Positions 7,359-15,387 of a DNA stretch of 64,000 nt are shown here, piece after piece. This DNA comes from a virus. Lineage: Duplodnaviria; Caudoviricetes. Position 1 is the stretch's first letter; every line of letters starts with the position of its first letter. Both the position numbers and the translations under genes were made by a program. The notes beneath the pieces are model-generated. The model saw nothing but the letters and a program-made list of their open reading frames with translations, ran no database searches and had not been told where the DNA came from. The stretch is from IMG/VR virus record IMGVR_UViG_3300020050_005097, positions 12,308-76,307 of that record. The stretch is one strand, 5' to 3'.

Positions 7359-7667
7359 TTAGGCCTCTTCTTGAGGCGTGTACTGTCCTCTAGTCACTCG
7401 TCTGATGGTGTCGGAAGATACCCCGAACAACTTGGCGATGGAATGCTGAGTCTTGAAGTTGCGATGCAGCCGCTTGATTTCAGCAACCTGCTGTGCGGTC
7501 AGTTTCGGCTTCCCGTAGCTGTTCATGCCGTCGCTGGTACGTTTGTAAACCACGTCATAGTGGGCTTTACAATACCCCGCCACATTACCTCTGGCCCTAC
7601 AATCCTCGTACTTGCATTGCTTTGAGAGACTCACTTCGACCTCCAGAAGTTCTTGATCAACCACCAT
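7359..7667 (-). CDS. HTH DNA-binding protein with N-terminal CxxxxC...CxxHY
   Basis: KLTAQQVAEIK...QHSIAKLFGVSSDTIRRV. Confidence 0.7.
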   Translation of the reverse strand: MVVDQELLEVEVSLSKQCKYEDCRARGNVAGYCKAHYDVVYKRTSDGMNSYGKPKLTAQQVAEIKRLHRNFKTQHSIAKLFGVSSDTIRRVTRGQYTPQEEA

Positions 7668-7837
7668 GCGGTTCCGAGCACTGCCTTACGGTCCAGCCAC
7701 GTCACCCGGGTGGAATATGACGACTTCACAAGCAGCCGCCCGTTGATTTCGATGAACAACAACTCGTTGGTGCAATTCCAAGCAGCGCAACAGCAATGCG
7801 CCGTGCGTCTGTGTACTTCCGAACGTTTCTCACTCAC
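7631..7837 (-). CDS. hypothetical protein
   Basis: ATGA-coupled ORF. Confidence 0.5.
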   Translation of the reverse strand: MSEKRSEVHRRTAHCCCAAWNCTNELLFIEINGRLLVKSSYSTRVTWLDRKAVLGTAWWLIKNFWRSK

Positions 7838-8181
7838 GAATGCTCCCTAAAATTATGAAGCTCGAGAGCTTCTTGGGCGTCTGGTCTTGTTCCGTACTTC
7901 TTCGACTGCCAGATGCAGTGATAGCAACGGGCAATATAGTCACGGTTCATTTCGTAGACAACCTCGGAAACAACCGTGTGATCGATCTTGTGCTCTTCAA
8001 TTTTCCTGGGCTTACGCAGACGATCGTGATCCGTGTAAGCATGAGCGACCTTCTTGACGGTCAACCCATAAGCTGCCGCAACCTCCTTAACACTGACCCC
8101 AGAATCAATGAGATCAATGAGCCGGTCGGTCGACGACTTTCTGTTCCATGGATCCGGTTGGGATCCTGCTGAATGGAGCAT
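7834..8181 (-). CDS. putative HTH protein with CxxC
   Basis: SGVSVKEVAAAYGLTVKKV. Confidence 0.6.
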   Translation of the reverse strand: MLHSAGSQPDPWNRKSSTDRLIDLIDSGVSVKEVAAAYGLTVKKVAHAYTDHDRLRKPRKIEEHKIDHTVVSEVVYEMNRDYIARCYHCIWQSKKYGTRPDAQEALELHNFREHS

Positions 8182-8342
8182 TTTGCTTCCTCTTCTAGTG
8201 CCTGTAGGATACTTTCTTGCAGGTTGTGGATGAAGGCATGGATTTCCTCGAAGTCTTCCGTGCTGTAATCCAGCAAACCCTCACTCAGAAACGAGACGTT
8301 GTTGTCATCGGCGAGATGGATAATTATTTCTTCTCGGTCCAT
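8061..8342 (-). CDS. acidic hypothetical protein
   Basis: GGGAG SD; 3' part overlaps next ORF. Confidence 0.5.
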   Translation of the reverse strand: MDREEIIIHLADDNNVSFLSEGLLDYSTEDFEEIHAFIHNLQESILQALEEEAKCSIQQDPNRIHGTESRRPTGSLISLILGSVLRRLRQLMG

Positions 8343-8350
8343 ACGGCTCC

Positions 8351-8731
8351 CTAGTTAGGTTCCATACGTGGAAGGGTTGTGATTTGACAATCAAGGCCGA
8401 GGCTGTTGAAGATGTTCTTGATGTTCTTTGCCCCTACCGGGTTCTGTGAGTGGACCAGAATAACACAATCATGCAGGATCCCAGAAGGATCATACTTCTG
8501 GATCAGCGCAACCTGCTTTGCCACCAACGCCGCATCACTTTTACTTGCACTACCAAGATCATGATCAAACCAGATCTGAGTGATATCCTCGGTGGCATCT
8601 GAAGGCAGGAAGTTTGTCTCGGTTGCCCATTCGGCAAAGAACAACATCGCTTCCTGGCTCGTGCGAAGATATACTACTTCCGTTTCCCACATGTTGGCAA
8701 ACGTTCTTTCGTCATCGATTACGACAATCAT
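8351..8731 (-). CDS. cyclic-phosphate-processing receiver-like domain protein
   Basis: VIDDER...WFDHDLG...VHSQNPVG motif set. Confidence 0.7.
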   Translation of the reverse strand: MIVVIDDERTFANMWETEVVYLRTSQEAMLFFAEWATETNFLPSDATEDITQIWFDHDLGSASKSDAALVAKQVALIQKYDPSGILHDCVILVHSQNPVGAKNIKNIFNSLGLDCQITTLPRMEPN

Positions 8732-8803
8732 TTTGACTCCTAGGTTAGGGAAAGAAAGCAACACCCCGTGTTGATTGGGGTATTGCGGGGACTTCTGTGG
8801 GGG

Positions 8804-9070
8804 TTACTTGTGGGTGTTCTCGTACTTGTCGATTTCCTTCTGGCTTTCGTCCAAGATGATCTGTAGCTTGATCTTCTGGTCGATGATATCGACGAACATC
8901 TCGTTCAAGTCGACCATGTTTGGTTCCGAAATGGTGGTGAATTCGGATTCGGTATGGCGGATCTTGGCGAGAAGCACGTCGCAATCAGCGAGGCCTCGGA
9001 TGGCTGCGGACTTGTTGGAGCGGGCCATGTTGTAGGCGAGCTCGTCAAGCATTGAGTGTATATCTTTCAT
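8804..9070 (-). CDS. helical hypothetical protein
   Basis: own promoter motif, AGGAG SD. Confidence 0.75.
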   Translation of the reverse strand: MKDIHSMLDELAYNMARSNKSAAIRGLADCDVLLAKIRHTESEFTTISEPNMVDLNEMFVDIIDQKIKLQIILDESQKEIDKYENTHK

Positions 9071-9091
9071 TGCAACTCCTTCTGTTGTCCT

Positions 9092-9116
9092 ATTATAGGA
9101 GTTGTTATTCTTGCTA
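9092..9116 (-). promoter_or_regulatory. 25-bp conserved promoter-like motif
   Basis: attata-ggag-ttgttattcttgcta. Confidence 0.7.
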
Positions 9117-9118
9117 GG

Positions 9119-9352
9119 TCAAAACGAATTCGAGATTAGGTTATCGAGTTTCCGAATCGCACGACCCATTCGCTCAATATCCCGCTCGACAAACCCAATC
9201 AGATGCTGCGGCTTACCGTTACGTCGCATGTTGCGGACGTTGTTGATCTTGTCCTTGCGTCGACGATTGACTGAACTTCGATAGATGATGATCTCACTCA
9301 AAGTAAAGGTACCGTCGATTGGCTTGTTTAGCTCTTCGTCAGTGAATAACAT
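9119..9352 (-). CDS. basic hypothetical protein
   Basis: TAATG-coupled ORF. Confidence 0.6.
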   Translation of the reverse strand: MLFTDEELNKPIDGTFTLSEIIIYRSSVNRRRKDKINNVRNMRRNGKPQHLIGFVERDIERMGRAIRKLDNLISNSF

Positions 9353-9504
9353 TAGACCCTTTCCATCGCGGCGATCTTCTTACGCGCCATTCGAATATGT
9401 CGTTGGATCATGTAGTACGTAAGTGAAAACAGCGTTACAGCAAACCCCACTCCGCAAATAAGGGCTGCGATAAACGCCACCATCACGATAAAGATGGTTT
9501 CCAT
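9352..9504 (-). CDS. membrane micro-protein
   Basis: METIFIV... single TM; GGAG SD. Confidence 0.65.
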   Translation of the reverse strand: METIFIVMVAFIAALICGVGFAVTLFSLTYYMIQRHIRMARKKIAAMERV

Positions 9505-9656
9505 TGCTCTACTCCATTTCTTGCTCCTGGATGGAATCCGCAGAGAAGTTGGATGATTCGATTGCAATGCGTGCAGTCCCACGAAGGATATAGGTCGCCG
9601 ATTGGGGCCACCATGTGCTTGCTTCGTTGGAATATGACTTCCTGGTATTCAAGCAT
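9483..9656 (-). CDS. hypothetical micro-protein with CxxC
   Basis: TAATG coupling. Confidence 0.5.
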   Translation of the reverse strand: MLEYQEVIFQRSKHMVAPIGDLYPSWDCTHCNRIIQLLCGFHPGARNGVEQWKPSLS

Positions 9657-9820
9657 TAAAACCCCTGGACTAGTGCGGTCATTGGAATTCCGTCGTGTGT
9701 TTCCCAATCGTGTAACTCATCCATGAAAACGGTTTTTACACGATATAGACATGTTCCATCCCATAGAACCCATGAAATACAGAACATCTCTATTGTGAAA
9801 TCTGTTCCGACGAAGATCAT
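9656..9820 (-). CDS. 54-aa micro-protein, LVxxF C-terminal family
   Basis: hand-translated, ends DGIPMTALVQGF; TGATG coupling. Confidence 0.7.
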   Translation of the reverse strand: MIFVGTDFTIEMFCISWVLWDGTCLYRVKTVFMDELHDWETHDGIPMTALVQGF

Positions 9821-9975
9821 CAGAAGTCCTGCACTAATGCAGATAGAGGGACGTCATCGAACCAAGGGGTGTCAAGTAGAATTTCTCCCACATTAAGCAT
9901 TCTCATATGAGTCCCCTTGAAGTGCATACGGAATGACAACCAACGTGGACTTGATACAACAAAGACTCTGATCAT
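9820..9975 (-). CDS. 51-aa micro-protein, LVxxF C-terminal family
   Basis: hand-translated, ends DDVPLSALVQDF; TGATG coupling. Confidence 0.7.
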   Translation of the reverse strand: MIRVFVVSSPRWLSFRMHFKGTHMRMLNVGEILLDTPWFDDVPLSALVQDF

Positions 9976-10190
9976 CAGAACCCACTAACCAATGCCGACA
10001 GCGGGATACCATCTCTGGTCTCGCCCTTGTTCCGCCAGAAGGTGTTCAGACCTCTCTTCGCCATGAGGAAGCGATGCACAAAACCCGGATGGATTTGCCC
10101 GTCATATAGCAAGAACCATTCCTGCCAGATATCTTCCAACTTAACCCCGCCTTGTTCTTGCGGTTTAAGTGGTGCGACTCTCAACGCCAT
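9975..10190 (-). CDS. 71-aa micro-protein, LVxxF C-terminal family
   Basis: ends DGIPLSALVSGF; follows start-associated motif. Confidence 0.75.
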   Translation of the reverse strand: MALRVAPLKPQEQGGVKLEDIWQEWFLLYDGQIHPGFVHRFLMAKRGLNTFWRNKGETRDGIPLSALVSGF

Positions 10191-10213
10191 TACGTTTCTC
10201 CTTTGTAGGTGAA

Positions 10214-10558
10214 TTAGAACACAACCCAATCGGGCTGCACTTCGATCAGATCAACGGGCTCTTCGCCAGGAGCCCACTGGCAGTAATTTACCTCCAACCC
10301 ATGCGGAGCAAGATGATTATGCACACGGTGCTCGCACCCGTCAGCTTTCCATCCGAACTCTCCGCCATAGATGGTCCAGATCTCTACTGGCTGTGGTTCG
10401 CAATGACAATCTGGTTCGGGCATCCTCTTTCCACGGTTATCAAATGCTTCATCAGCTGTGTCGAATAGCAACGCACTCAGAATATCGGAGGTGCCGCTGT
10501 AGACAGTCCACTTGATAGTGCCGTCTTCGAGTCTTACCAAGGCAGATCCGCTAGACAT
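10214..10558 (-). CDS. hypothetical phage protein
   Basis: TGATG-coupled ORF. Confidence 0.7.
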   Translation of the reverse strand: MSSGSALVRLEDGTIKWTVYSGTSDILSALLFDTADEAFDNRGKRMPEPDCHCEPQPVEIWTIYGGEFGWKADGCEHRVHNHLAPHGLEVNYCQWAPGEEPVDLIEVQPDWVVF

Positions 10559-10743
10559 CAGACCTCCGTAAGGTTGTCGATATGGAACATCATCAAGCAT
10601 CTGGCAGTACCATCGTCCCCAGCGTCACCAACCCAAAATACAATTCGTAGACTTGGGAATGCGTGTGAAACATCAACCACATACCCAGTTCCCCAGAACT
10701 CTGGCTCATGCTTTGCTCGCACTTCTGCGAATTGTTTGAACAT
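10558..10743 (-). CDS. hypothetical protein
   Basis: follows start-associated motif. Confidence 0.65.
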   Translation of the reverse strand: MFKQFAEVRAKHEPEFWGTGYVVDVSHAFPSLRIVFWVGDAGDDGTARCLMMFHIDNLTEV

Positions 10744-10800
10744 TCACTTCCCCTTTGTAGGTGAATTGAAAAAAGATGAAGCCGTGATTTGGCTTCTCTC

Positions 10801-10825
10801 ATTATAGCGCTTGTTATTGCTGCGA
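10801..10825 (-). promoter_or_regulatory. 25-bp promoter-like motif followed directly by hairpin and U-tract
   Basis: attata-gcgc-ttgttattgctgcga; gaagcc/ggcttc hairpin 10778-10796. Confidence 0.75.
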
Positions 10826-10932
10826 GATCAGCATAAGTAGTAGGAACGGCTCAGCATAGCACCGTGGTTTGGCCTCGGCTCCACCGTCGTGGATTTCGCC
10901 TACACTCTAGAAATGCCCACTACTTATGATCT
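10826..10932 (-). ncRNA. stem-closed structured element 3' of tRNA-Lys
   Basis: agatca(gc)ataagtagtagg pairs with cccactacttatgatct. Confidence 0.5.
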
Positions 10933-10933
10933 G

Positions 10934-11007
10934 TGCCCCCGGTGGGATTCGAACCCACGATCTGCAAATTAAAAGTTTGCTGCCTTAACCAGCTTGGCTA
11001 CAGGGGC
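10934..11007 (-). tRNA. trnK: tRNA-Lys(UUU)
   Basis: GCCCCTG/CGGGGGC acceptor, GCAAA-CTTTTAA-TTTGC anticodon arm, GGTTCGAATCC T-arm. Confidence 0.92.
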
Positions 11008-11014
11008 TAAACCG

Positions 11015-11308
11015 TTACTTCAAATGCCGAATGTTGATCACGTCTCGAGGAGGAACACCGAACAAACCCTCACCATCCTCGAACATCACCATGTCGCCAG
11101 AAATATCAGCAACCGTCTTTCCAGTAGGCACACCAATACCAACAACAGAAATCGGCATGTCGTCGGCGACCATGAGGCAGTACTCGACACGGATTTCTCC
11201 GTCACGGTTACGCCACGTCAACTCAATAGCTTTACCCACGGACGTTTCTCCGTTCGTTGTATGTGGTGGCGAATTCGTCCCAGGTCTTGACAGAGTTACC
11301 AATGGCAA
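11015..11308 (-). CDS. hypothetical protein
   Basis: ORF; start uncertain. Confidence 0.55.
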   Translation of the reverse strand: MPLVTLSRPGTNSPPHTTNGETSVGKAIELTWRNRDGEIRVEYCLMVADDMPISVVGIGVPTGKTVADISGDMVMFEDGEGLFGVPPRDVINIRHLK

Positions 11309-11558
11309 TCCGGTTGTTCTCTTGGAACTTCGGGTATTCGACGATCATGATGTCGCTAAGCACCTCTTCTTCAACCGCGCCCTGCGACACCACCCACAGC
11401 GCACCATCCTCGAACAAGATCTCGAAATAGATGCCAAACCATGCGCTGAAGCCATCCGCGTAATAAACATACCCGGGGACGCCCTCAACCTGGATGTTCA
11501 CCGCGGGGATGAACGTCTCACCCAACCGCACACAATTGCCTACCTGCTCAGGTTTCAT
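11232..11558 (-). CDS. hypothetical protein
   Basis: ATGA-coupled ORF. Confidence 0.6.
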   Translation of the reverse strand: MKPEQVGNCVRLGETFIPAVNIQVEGVPGYVYYADGFSAWFGIYFEILFEDGALWVVSQGAVEEEVLSDIMIVEYPKFQENNRIAIGNSVKTWDEFATTYNERRNVRG

Positions 11559-11842
11559 TCATCTGCTTTCTTTTGAGTAGTTCGTTCGACAGTAAAAAGA
11601 ACGTCGCCAGTATCGATGTCTTCCTGCTTGAACATTGACATGGCTGGTGGATTTAACAGGAGGTCCTTTGGAATTCGCACAGGCTCACCGACGGCATCCA
11701 GCACCAAATATAACAACTGCCGTGTTTCACGCAACTCGATTTCTGGATGCGAATCTAGATGGGCTCGAATCTTGGCAAAGGTAAGTGCTTCTGGCGGAAT
11801 ATCAACTCTTTCGCCCATTCTTAGCCACCCGATCCTTCTCAA
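11555..11842 (-). CDS. hypothetical protein
   Basis: ORF in operon. Confidence 0.6.
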   Translation of the reverse strand: MRRIGWLRMGERVDIPPEALTFAKIRAHLDSHPEIELRETRQLLYLVLDAVGEPVRIPKDLLLNPPAMSMFKQEDIDTGDVLFTVERTTQKKADE

Positions 11843-12059
11843 CCTGCTCCATCAGACGGTCGTAGAACTCCGAAGCAAGCGCAGGATCGACAGTTTCGTA
11901 CAGGGTCTTCACATCCACCGCGACGCTGGTCTTCAGGTCACGAACCTTACGGAACTCCTGAATGGCGAACTGGTAGGCTGCGGATTTCGTCTGGGATTCG
12001 ACGGTGACGATTGCCGACTTTTCTCCGGCCTTAAGCCATAGTACGTAAAACATGGTCAT
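11802..12059 (-). CDS. hypothetical protein
   Basis: ATGA-coupled, GC3-rich. Confidence 0.7.
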   Translation of the reverse strand: MTMFYVLWLKAGEKSAIVTVESQTKSAAYQFAIQEFRKVRDLKTSVAVDVKTLYETVDPALASEFYDRLMEQVEKDRVAKNGRKS

Positions 12060-12433
12060 CCTCTCGACATTAGTTCGGTTTTCCCTGGGGGGATTGGATC
12101 TTCATGCATGACAAACCCCGCCGTTACGCTACTGGCCCGTGGAAATTCATATCCTCCAGCCGGCTTGCCACCACGCGTATCGCCCTCGTTGTCGTCAGGC
12201 TCATCTTGATCAACCAACGGCGGTGGAATATCCGTCGGGAGAAGAGGCTCAAAGCTCCAGCAATCCTTTCCCTGCTGCTCATCCCAACAGCGAATGAGAC
12301 GAACCCGCGAACCGTCCTCCGCATTGAAGCTGACCTTCCACACCGACATGTCTTTCTCGGCATGGTTGAATGCGAGTCGAAGGGAGTCGAAGAACTGCAA
12401 CGCACCTGCTTCATTACGTGTCTGTACTTCCAT
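12056..12433 (-). CDS. hypothetical protein
   Basis: AAGGA SD. Confidence 0.7.
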   Translation of the reverse strand: MEVQTRNEAGALQFFDSLRLAFNHAEKDMSVWKVSFNAEDGSRVRLIRCWDEQQGKDCWSFEPLLPTDIPPPLVDQDEPDDNEGDTRGGKPAGGYEFPRASSVTAGFVMHEDPIPPGKTELMSRG

Positions 12434-12436
12434 TGA

Positions 12437-12691
12437 TTAGTCCTTTCGGTGTTGCCCGCGGTGGATTAGGGGGAGACAGCCGGGCATGTGCCGTCCAGCC
12501 AACTCGTCAAATATAGCGTAGTACTCAAGAGAGATCTCTCGAAGCCGCTTCCTACTATCAGCAGCCTTACCAAGATCACTCTTATTGTCGGTAAGCCATT
12601 GCATTCTTCGCAACAACCTATCGGTGTCGATGTTACCGACCTTAGAGATATGAACCCTTGTAGAGGCCGGCACGATTTGAGCCATTATCAT
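12437..12691 (-). CDS. hypothetical protein
   Basis: GGAG SD within variant start-associated motif. Confidence 0.6.
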   Translation of the reverse strand: MIMAQIVPASTRVHISKVGNIDTDRLLRRMQWLTDNKSDLGKAADSRKRLREISLEYYAIFDELAGRHMPGCLPLIHRGQHRKD

Positions 12692-12714
12692 TCTCCAATG
12701 GTTGGTGAATCAAA

Positions 12715-12944
12715 AAAGAAGAGGGGCCTTTTTTAGCTTCGGGGGAAGCAAGTCATGCCCAGGACTATGGTAACCGCGGCCGCTGTGGAGCCCGTCACCT
12801 CTGTGATACCCACTCCTGAATATCACAGCTTCGGCGGCCTGACCTGTCAAACCCATACACGGCCACGCGATGGGGACAGCAGACTGTAGAAATATCAAGC
12901 TTCACCGGCGGAGGTGAGCTTTGACTTCCTAGCGCCGAGAACTA
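12715..12944 (-). ncRNA. candidate ~230-nt structured RNA
   Basis: stems 12801-08/12821-28, 12844-48/12875-79, 12897-906/12913-21; ends in U-tract. Confidence 0.45.
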
Positions 12945-13163
12945 CTACAAATGACTTGGTTGAACTTGCGTTTCACTGATTGTACGGCGGATGATGCGAT
13001 ACTTCACATCAGGGTTTGCTGCGCTCATGCGTTTGTAGGCAGCTTCAACTGGCCTTGGATTATCACAACCGACGGAATCAAACCAGATGGGTTCGTTTTG
13101 TACAGTTACTCCACCATACCTTTGAAGTTTGTAGGTGTTTACCGAACTGATCTCTATGGCCAT
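12945..13163 (-). CDS. hypothetical protein
   Basis: TAATG-coupled ORF. Confidence 0.65.
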   Translation of the reverse strand: MAIEISSVNTYKLQRYGGVTVQNEPIWFDSVGCDNPRPVEAAYKRMSAANPDVKYRIIRRTISETQVQPSHL

Positions 13164-13456
13164 TACCGAGCCGGACCGATCAAGTCGTGAGGGCCACCCG
13201 TACGAGGACCCTTGGGCACGGCCACACCGGTCTTGACCTCCACCAGCTCGGGCGCATCGAAGGTGAACTCCGCGGGCTCACCAGTGGTCTTGTTCACGCC
13301 ACGAAGGCATACACGGAGACACCCGTGCTTGTAGAAGAACATTGCCTGGACCGAACCCTCAAAGCCGGAGGCGGGGTCCTTGTACGTCTTGCCGAACTCG
13401 ATCTTGTGCGCGTCGAGCTGGTCGATGATCTGCTTGCTAGTTTCGTTACGTCGCAT
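13163..13456 (-). CDS. hypothetical phage protein
   Basis: GC3-rich; follows start-associated motif variant. Confidence 0.75.
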   Translation of the reverse strand: MRRNETSKQIIDQLDAHKIEFGKTYKDPASGFEGSVQAMFFYKHGCLRVCLRGVNKTTGEPAEFTFDAPELVEVKTGVAVPKGPRTGGPHDLIGPAR

Positions 13457-13465
13457 TATTGCTCC

Positions 13466-13699
13466 TTAATTAGGTGGTTTACGTTTCAATTCAGTGACGA
13501 TGGTTACAATCCGTATCATTCGAAAATCCGGATCGTCCTTTACCCGTTCATACGAGCCTTCGATTAACGCAAGGTTCTCTGATTCGGCGGTGCATACCCA
13601 CAATTCTTCATTGTAGTTTTCGTCCGGGTCCATCCATCGTTTTTGGATTTGGTATACAGGAACTTCTTCTGCTTCTGACGTAGTGTATTGAGCCGCCAT
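13466..13699 (-). CDS. hypothetical protein
   Basis: ORF in operon. Confidence 0.6.
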   Translation of the reverse strand: MAAQYTTSEAEEVPVYQIQKRWMDPDENYNEELWVCTAESENLALIEGSYERVKDDPDFRMIRIVTIVTELKRKPPN

Positions 13700-13700
13700 G

Positions 13701-13955
13701 TCACATCTTCGGGAATTGACTGTCAAGCTGCACGAACTCGACACACTTCTGACACAAGGGGTGGTTCTCCGGATTGCGAGAAGGAACCCAGGTGTACCCG
13801 CACAGGGCCGTAACGGGAGTACCCATGACTCGGGCTTCCATCACGACTGCCGGACCGGATTTGTCTTTCGTGCCGGGGACGATATGACTGAGAATCGGTT
13901 CGTCCGTGTCCAGCACCTCTTCGGTTACTGGTCGGTTGTCTAGTTGAGTGGTCAT
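13701..13955 (-). CDS. DUF3039-like Zn-binding protein
   Basis: LSHIV...VTALCGYTWVPSRNP...LCQKC. Confidence 0.75.
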   Translation of the reverse strand: MTTQLDNRPVTEEVLDTDEPILSHIVPGTKDKSGPAVVMEARVMGTPVTALCGYTWVPSRNPENHPLCQKCVEFVQLDSQFPKM

Positions 13956-14176
13956 TAGGCTCCTTCCAGCCAACGGTCGCCCCACCAAATTGCTCGGATG
14001 AACATATAGACGAGGATTCTTGATTTGCCGGGGCTGTATCGTCCGTTCCAGCCGTAACCATCGTGATCGTATATCATTACAAGGTCCCTTCTACCCATAA
14101 TTGACCCCACCAGACGTAGCGAATGAAACGCACGACATACAGCGCCGACTCCAGAGGTCCGCAGCGCCCGTTCCAA
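13955..14176 (-). CDS. hypothetical protein
   Basis: TAATG-coupled ORF. Confidence 0.5.
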   Translation of the reverse strand: MERALRTSGVGAVCRAFHSLRLVGSIMGRRDLVMIYDHDGYGWNGRYSPGKSRILVYMFIRAIWWGDRWLEGA

Positions 14177-14198
14177 ATTGCTACGTCTGCTTCCTGAG

Positions 14199-14699
14199 TC
14201 ATCCTTCGGCTCGCAGTGCTTTCAGGAATGTCATGGCTTTTGCTCGATTTTTGAACATTCCAATATCATCCCACATTTTTTCTAGTCCATCAAGTTTACC
14301 CTCTGGATCGGAATACCTAGACATGACTATGATTCGGTTTCCTTTTCCATTTCTCATGCTGTATTGCCAACGTGGATCTTGGCTAACAACATCTTGCCGA
14401 TCACCGCCGATGGACGTAATCTTCACTCCACTAAGAAGCTCTAGCTCTAGGTTAATGGCAAGGGTCGCATCTCTGGCTTGAATGCAATGAGGACACCCGC
14501 GCGGGTCGTACAACATCTCAGTAAGAGAGGTTGGGTCAAACCTATACCCACAGAAAGCGGTCATCATACGTTCGTTACGAAGAGAAAACTCGTAATTATT
14601 GATGAGGTTATCGTCCGTGTCAAGGAAGAAGCCCCAGAAGTAATGCCTATTCAGACGAATGATGAGATTCTTGTTTTGGACGTATCGATCGAGGCTCAC
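14199..14699 (-). CDS. hypothetical protein
   Basis: 166-aa ORF, ATGA overlap. Confidence 0.65.
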   Translation of the reverse strand: MSLDRYVQNKNLIIRLNRHYFWGFFLDTDDNLINNYEFSLRNERMMTAFCGYRFDPTSLTEMLYDPRGCPHCIQARDATLAINLELELLSGVKITSIGGDRQDVVSQDPRWQYSMRNGKGNRIIVMSRYSDPEGKLDGLEKMWDDIGMFKNRAKAMTFLKALRAEG

Positions 14700-15163
14700 G
14701 AATACATCCTAAGTGACGGAAGTACAGCTTCCAAATCACTGCGATGGTTATAGGAGGCGATGTCTTTCCAAGCCACCTCTGTACCACGATGAGAAAGACC
14801 ATCTTCGTCGCAATAACGACGCATCAACACACACGTGGTAGAAGGACCAGAACGAAACGCGTAGTAGTACCGAGCACGCTCATTATACGGAGCCGGCTCT
14901 GGTTCGGGCCCCGCCTTGCATTCACTATCCTCGGGCAGTTCACAGAGAGCCTGATGGATGGCTTTGGCGATGTGGCCACACTTTGGGCAGGTATCAAAAC
15001 CAGAATCCGGGTTACGCATGAGGTTTTCCCCACAGATAGATACCAGCGGGACGTTTCTATTTGCTACTTCGACAAGAAGCCATCCGCCGGGGGTCATTAC
15101 CAAGTGTCCTCGGTGTCTGACTAGATATGGAGGTTCCGAACCGTCGTTTAGGTATTCACCCAT
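14696..15163 (-). CDS. hypothetical protein with CxxC
   Basis: 155-aa ORF, TAATG overlap. Confidence 0.65.
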   Translation of the reverse strand: MGEYLNDGSEPPYLVRHRGHLVMTPGGWLLVEVANRNVPLVSICGENLMRNPDSGFDTCPKCGHIAKAIHQALCELPEDSECKAGPEPEPAPYNERARYYYAFRSGPSTTCVLMRRYCDEDGLSHRGTEVAWKDIASYNHRSDLEAVLPSLRMYS

Positions 15164-15387
15164 TACTTCTTCTCCTTCTTTTTGAAAGCTCCTGGGTTAG
15201 CATCCAAACATTCGGGACACGGCTCACCAGTGAGATATTCGAGGGATTCGGGCATCCACTCATCGCCACAAATAGCAACCAAAGGCGTCTCGGTCTCGAT
15301 GGAGTGTTGCACCATTTCGACAGAGCTGCTGAATTGACTACCGTTTTGTGGGTAACAATGCACCACTTGACCGTCGGGTTCCATCAC
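15163..15387 (-). CDS. DUF3039-like paralog
   Basis: VVHC...VAICGDEWMP...PCPEC. Confidence 0.55.
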   Translation of the reverse strand: MMEPDGQVVHCYPQNGSQFSSSVEMVQHSIETETPLVAICGDEWMPESLEYLTGEPCPECLDANPGAFKKKEKK

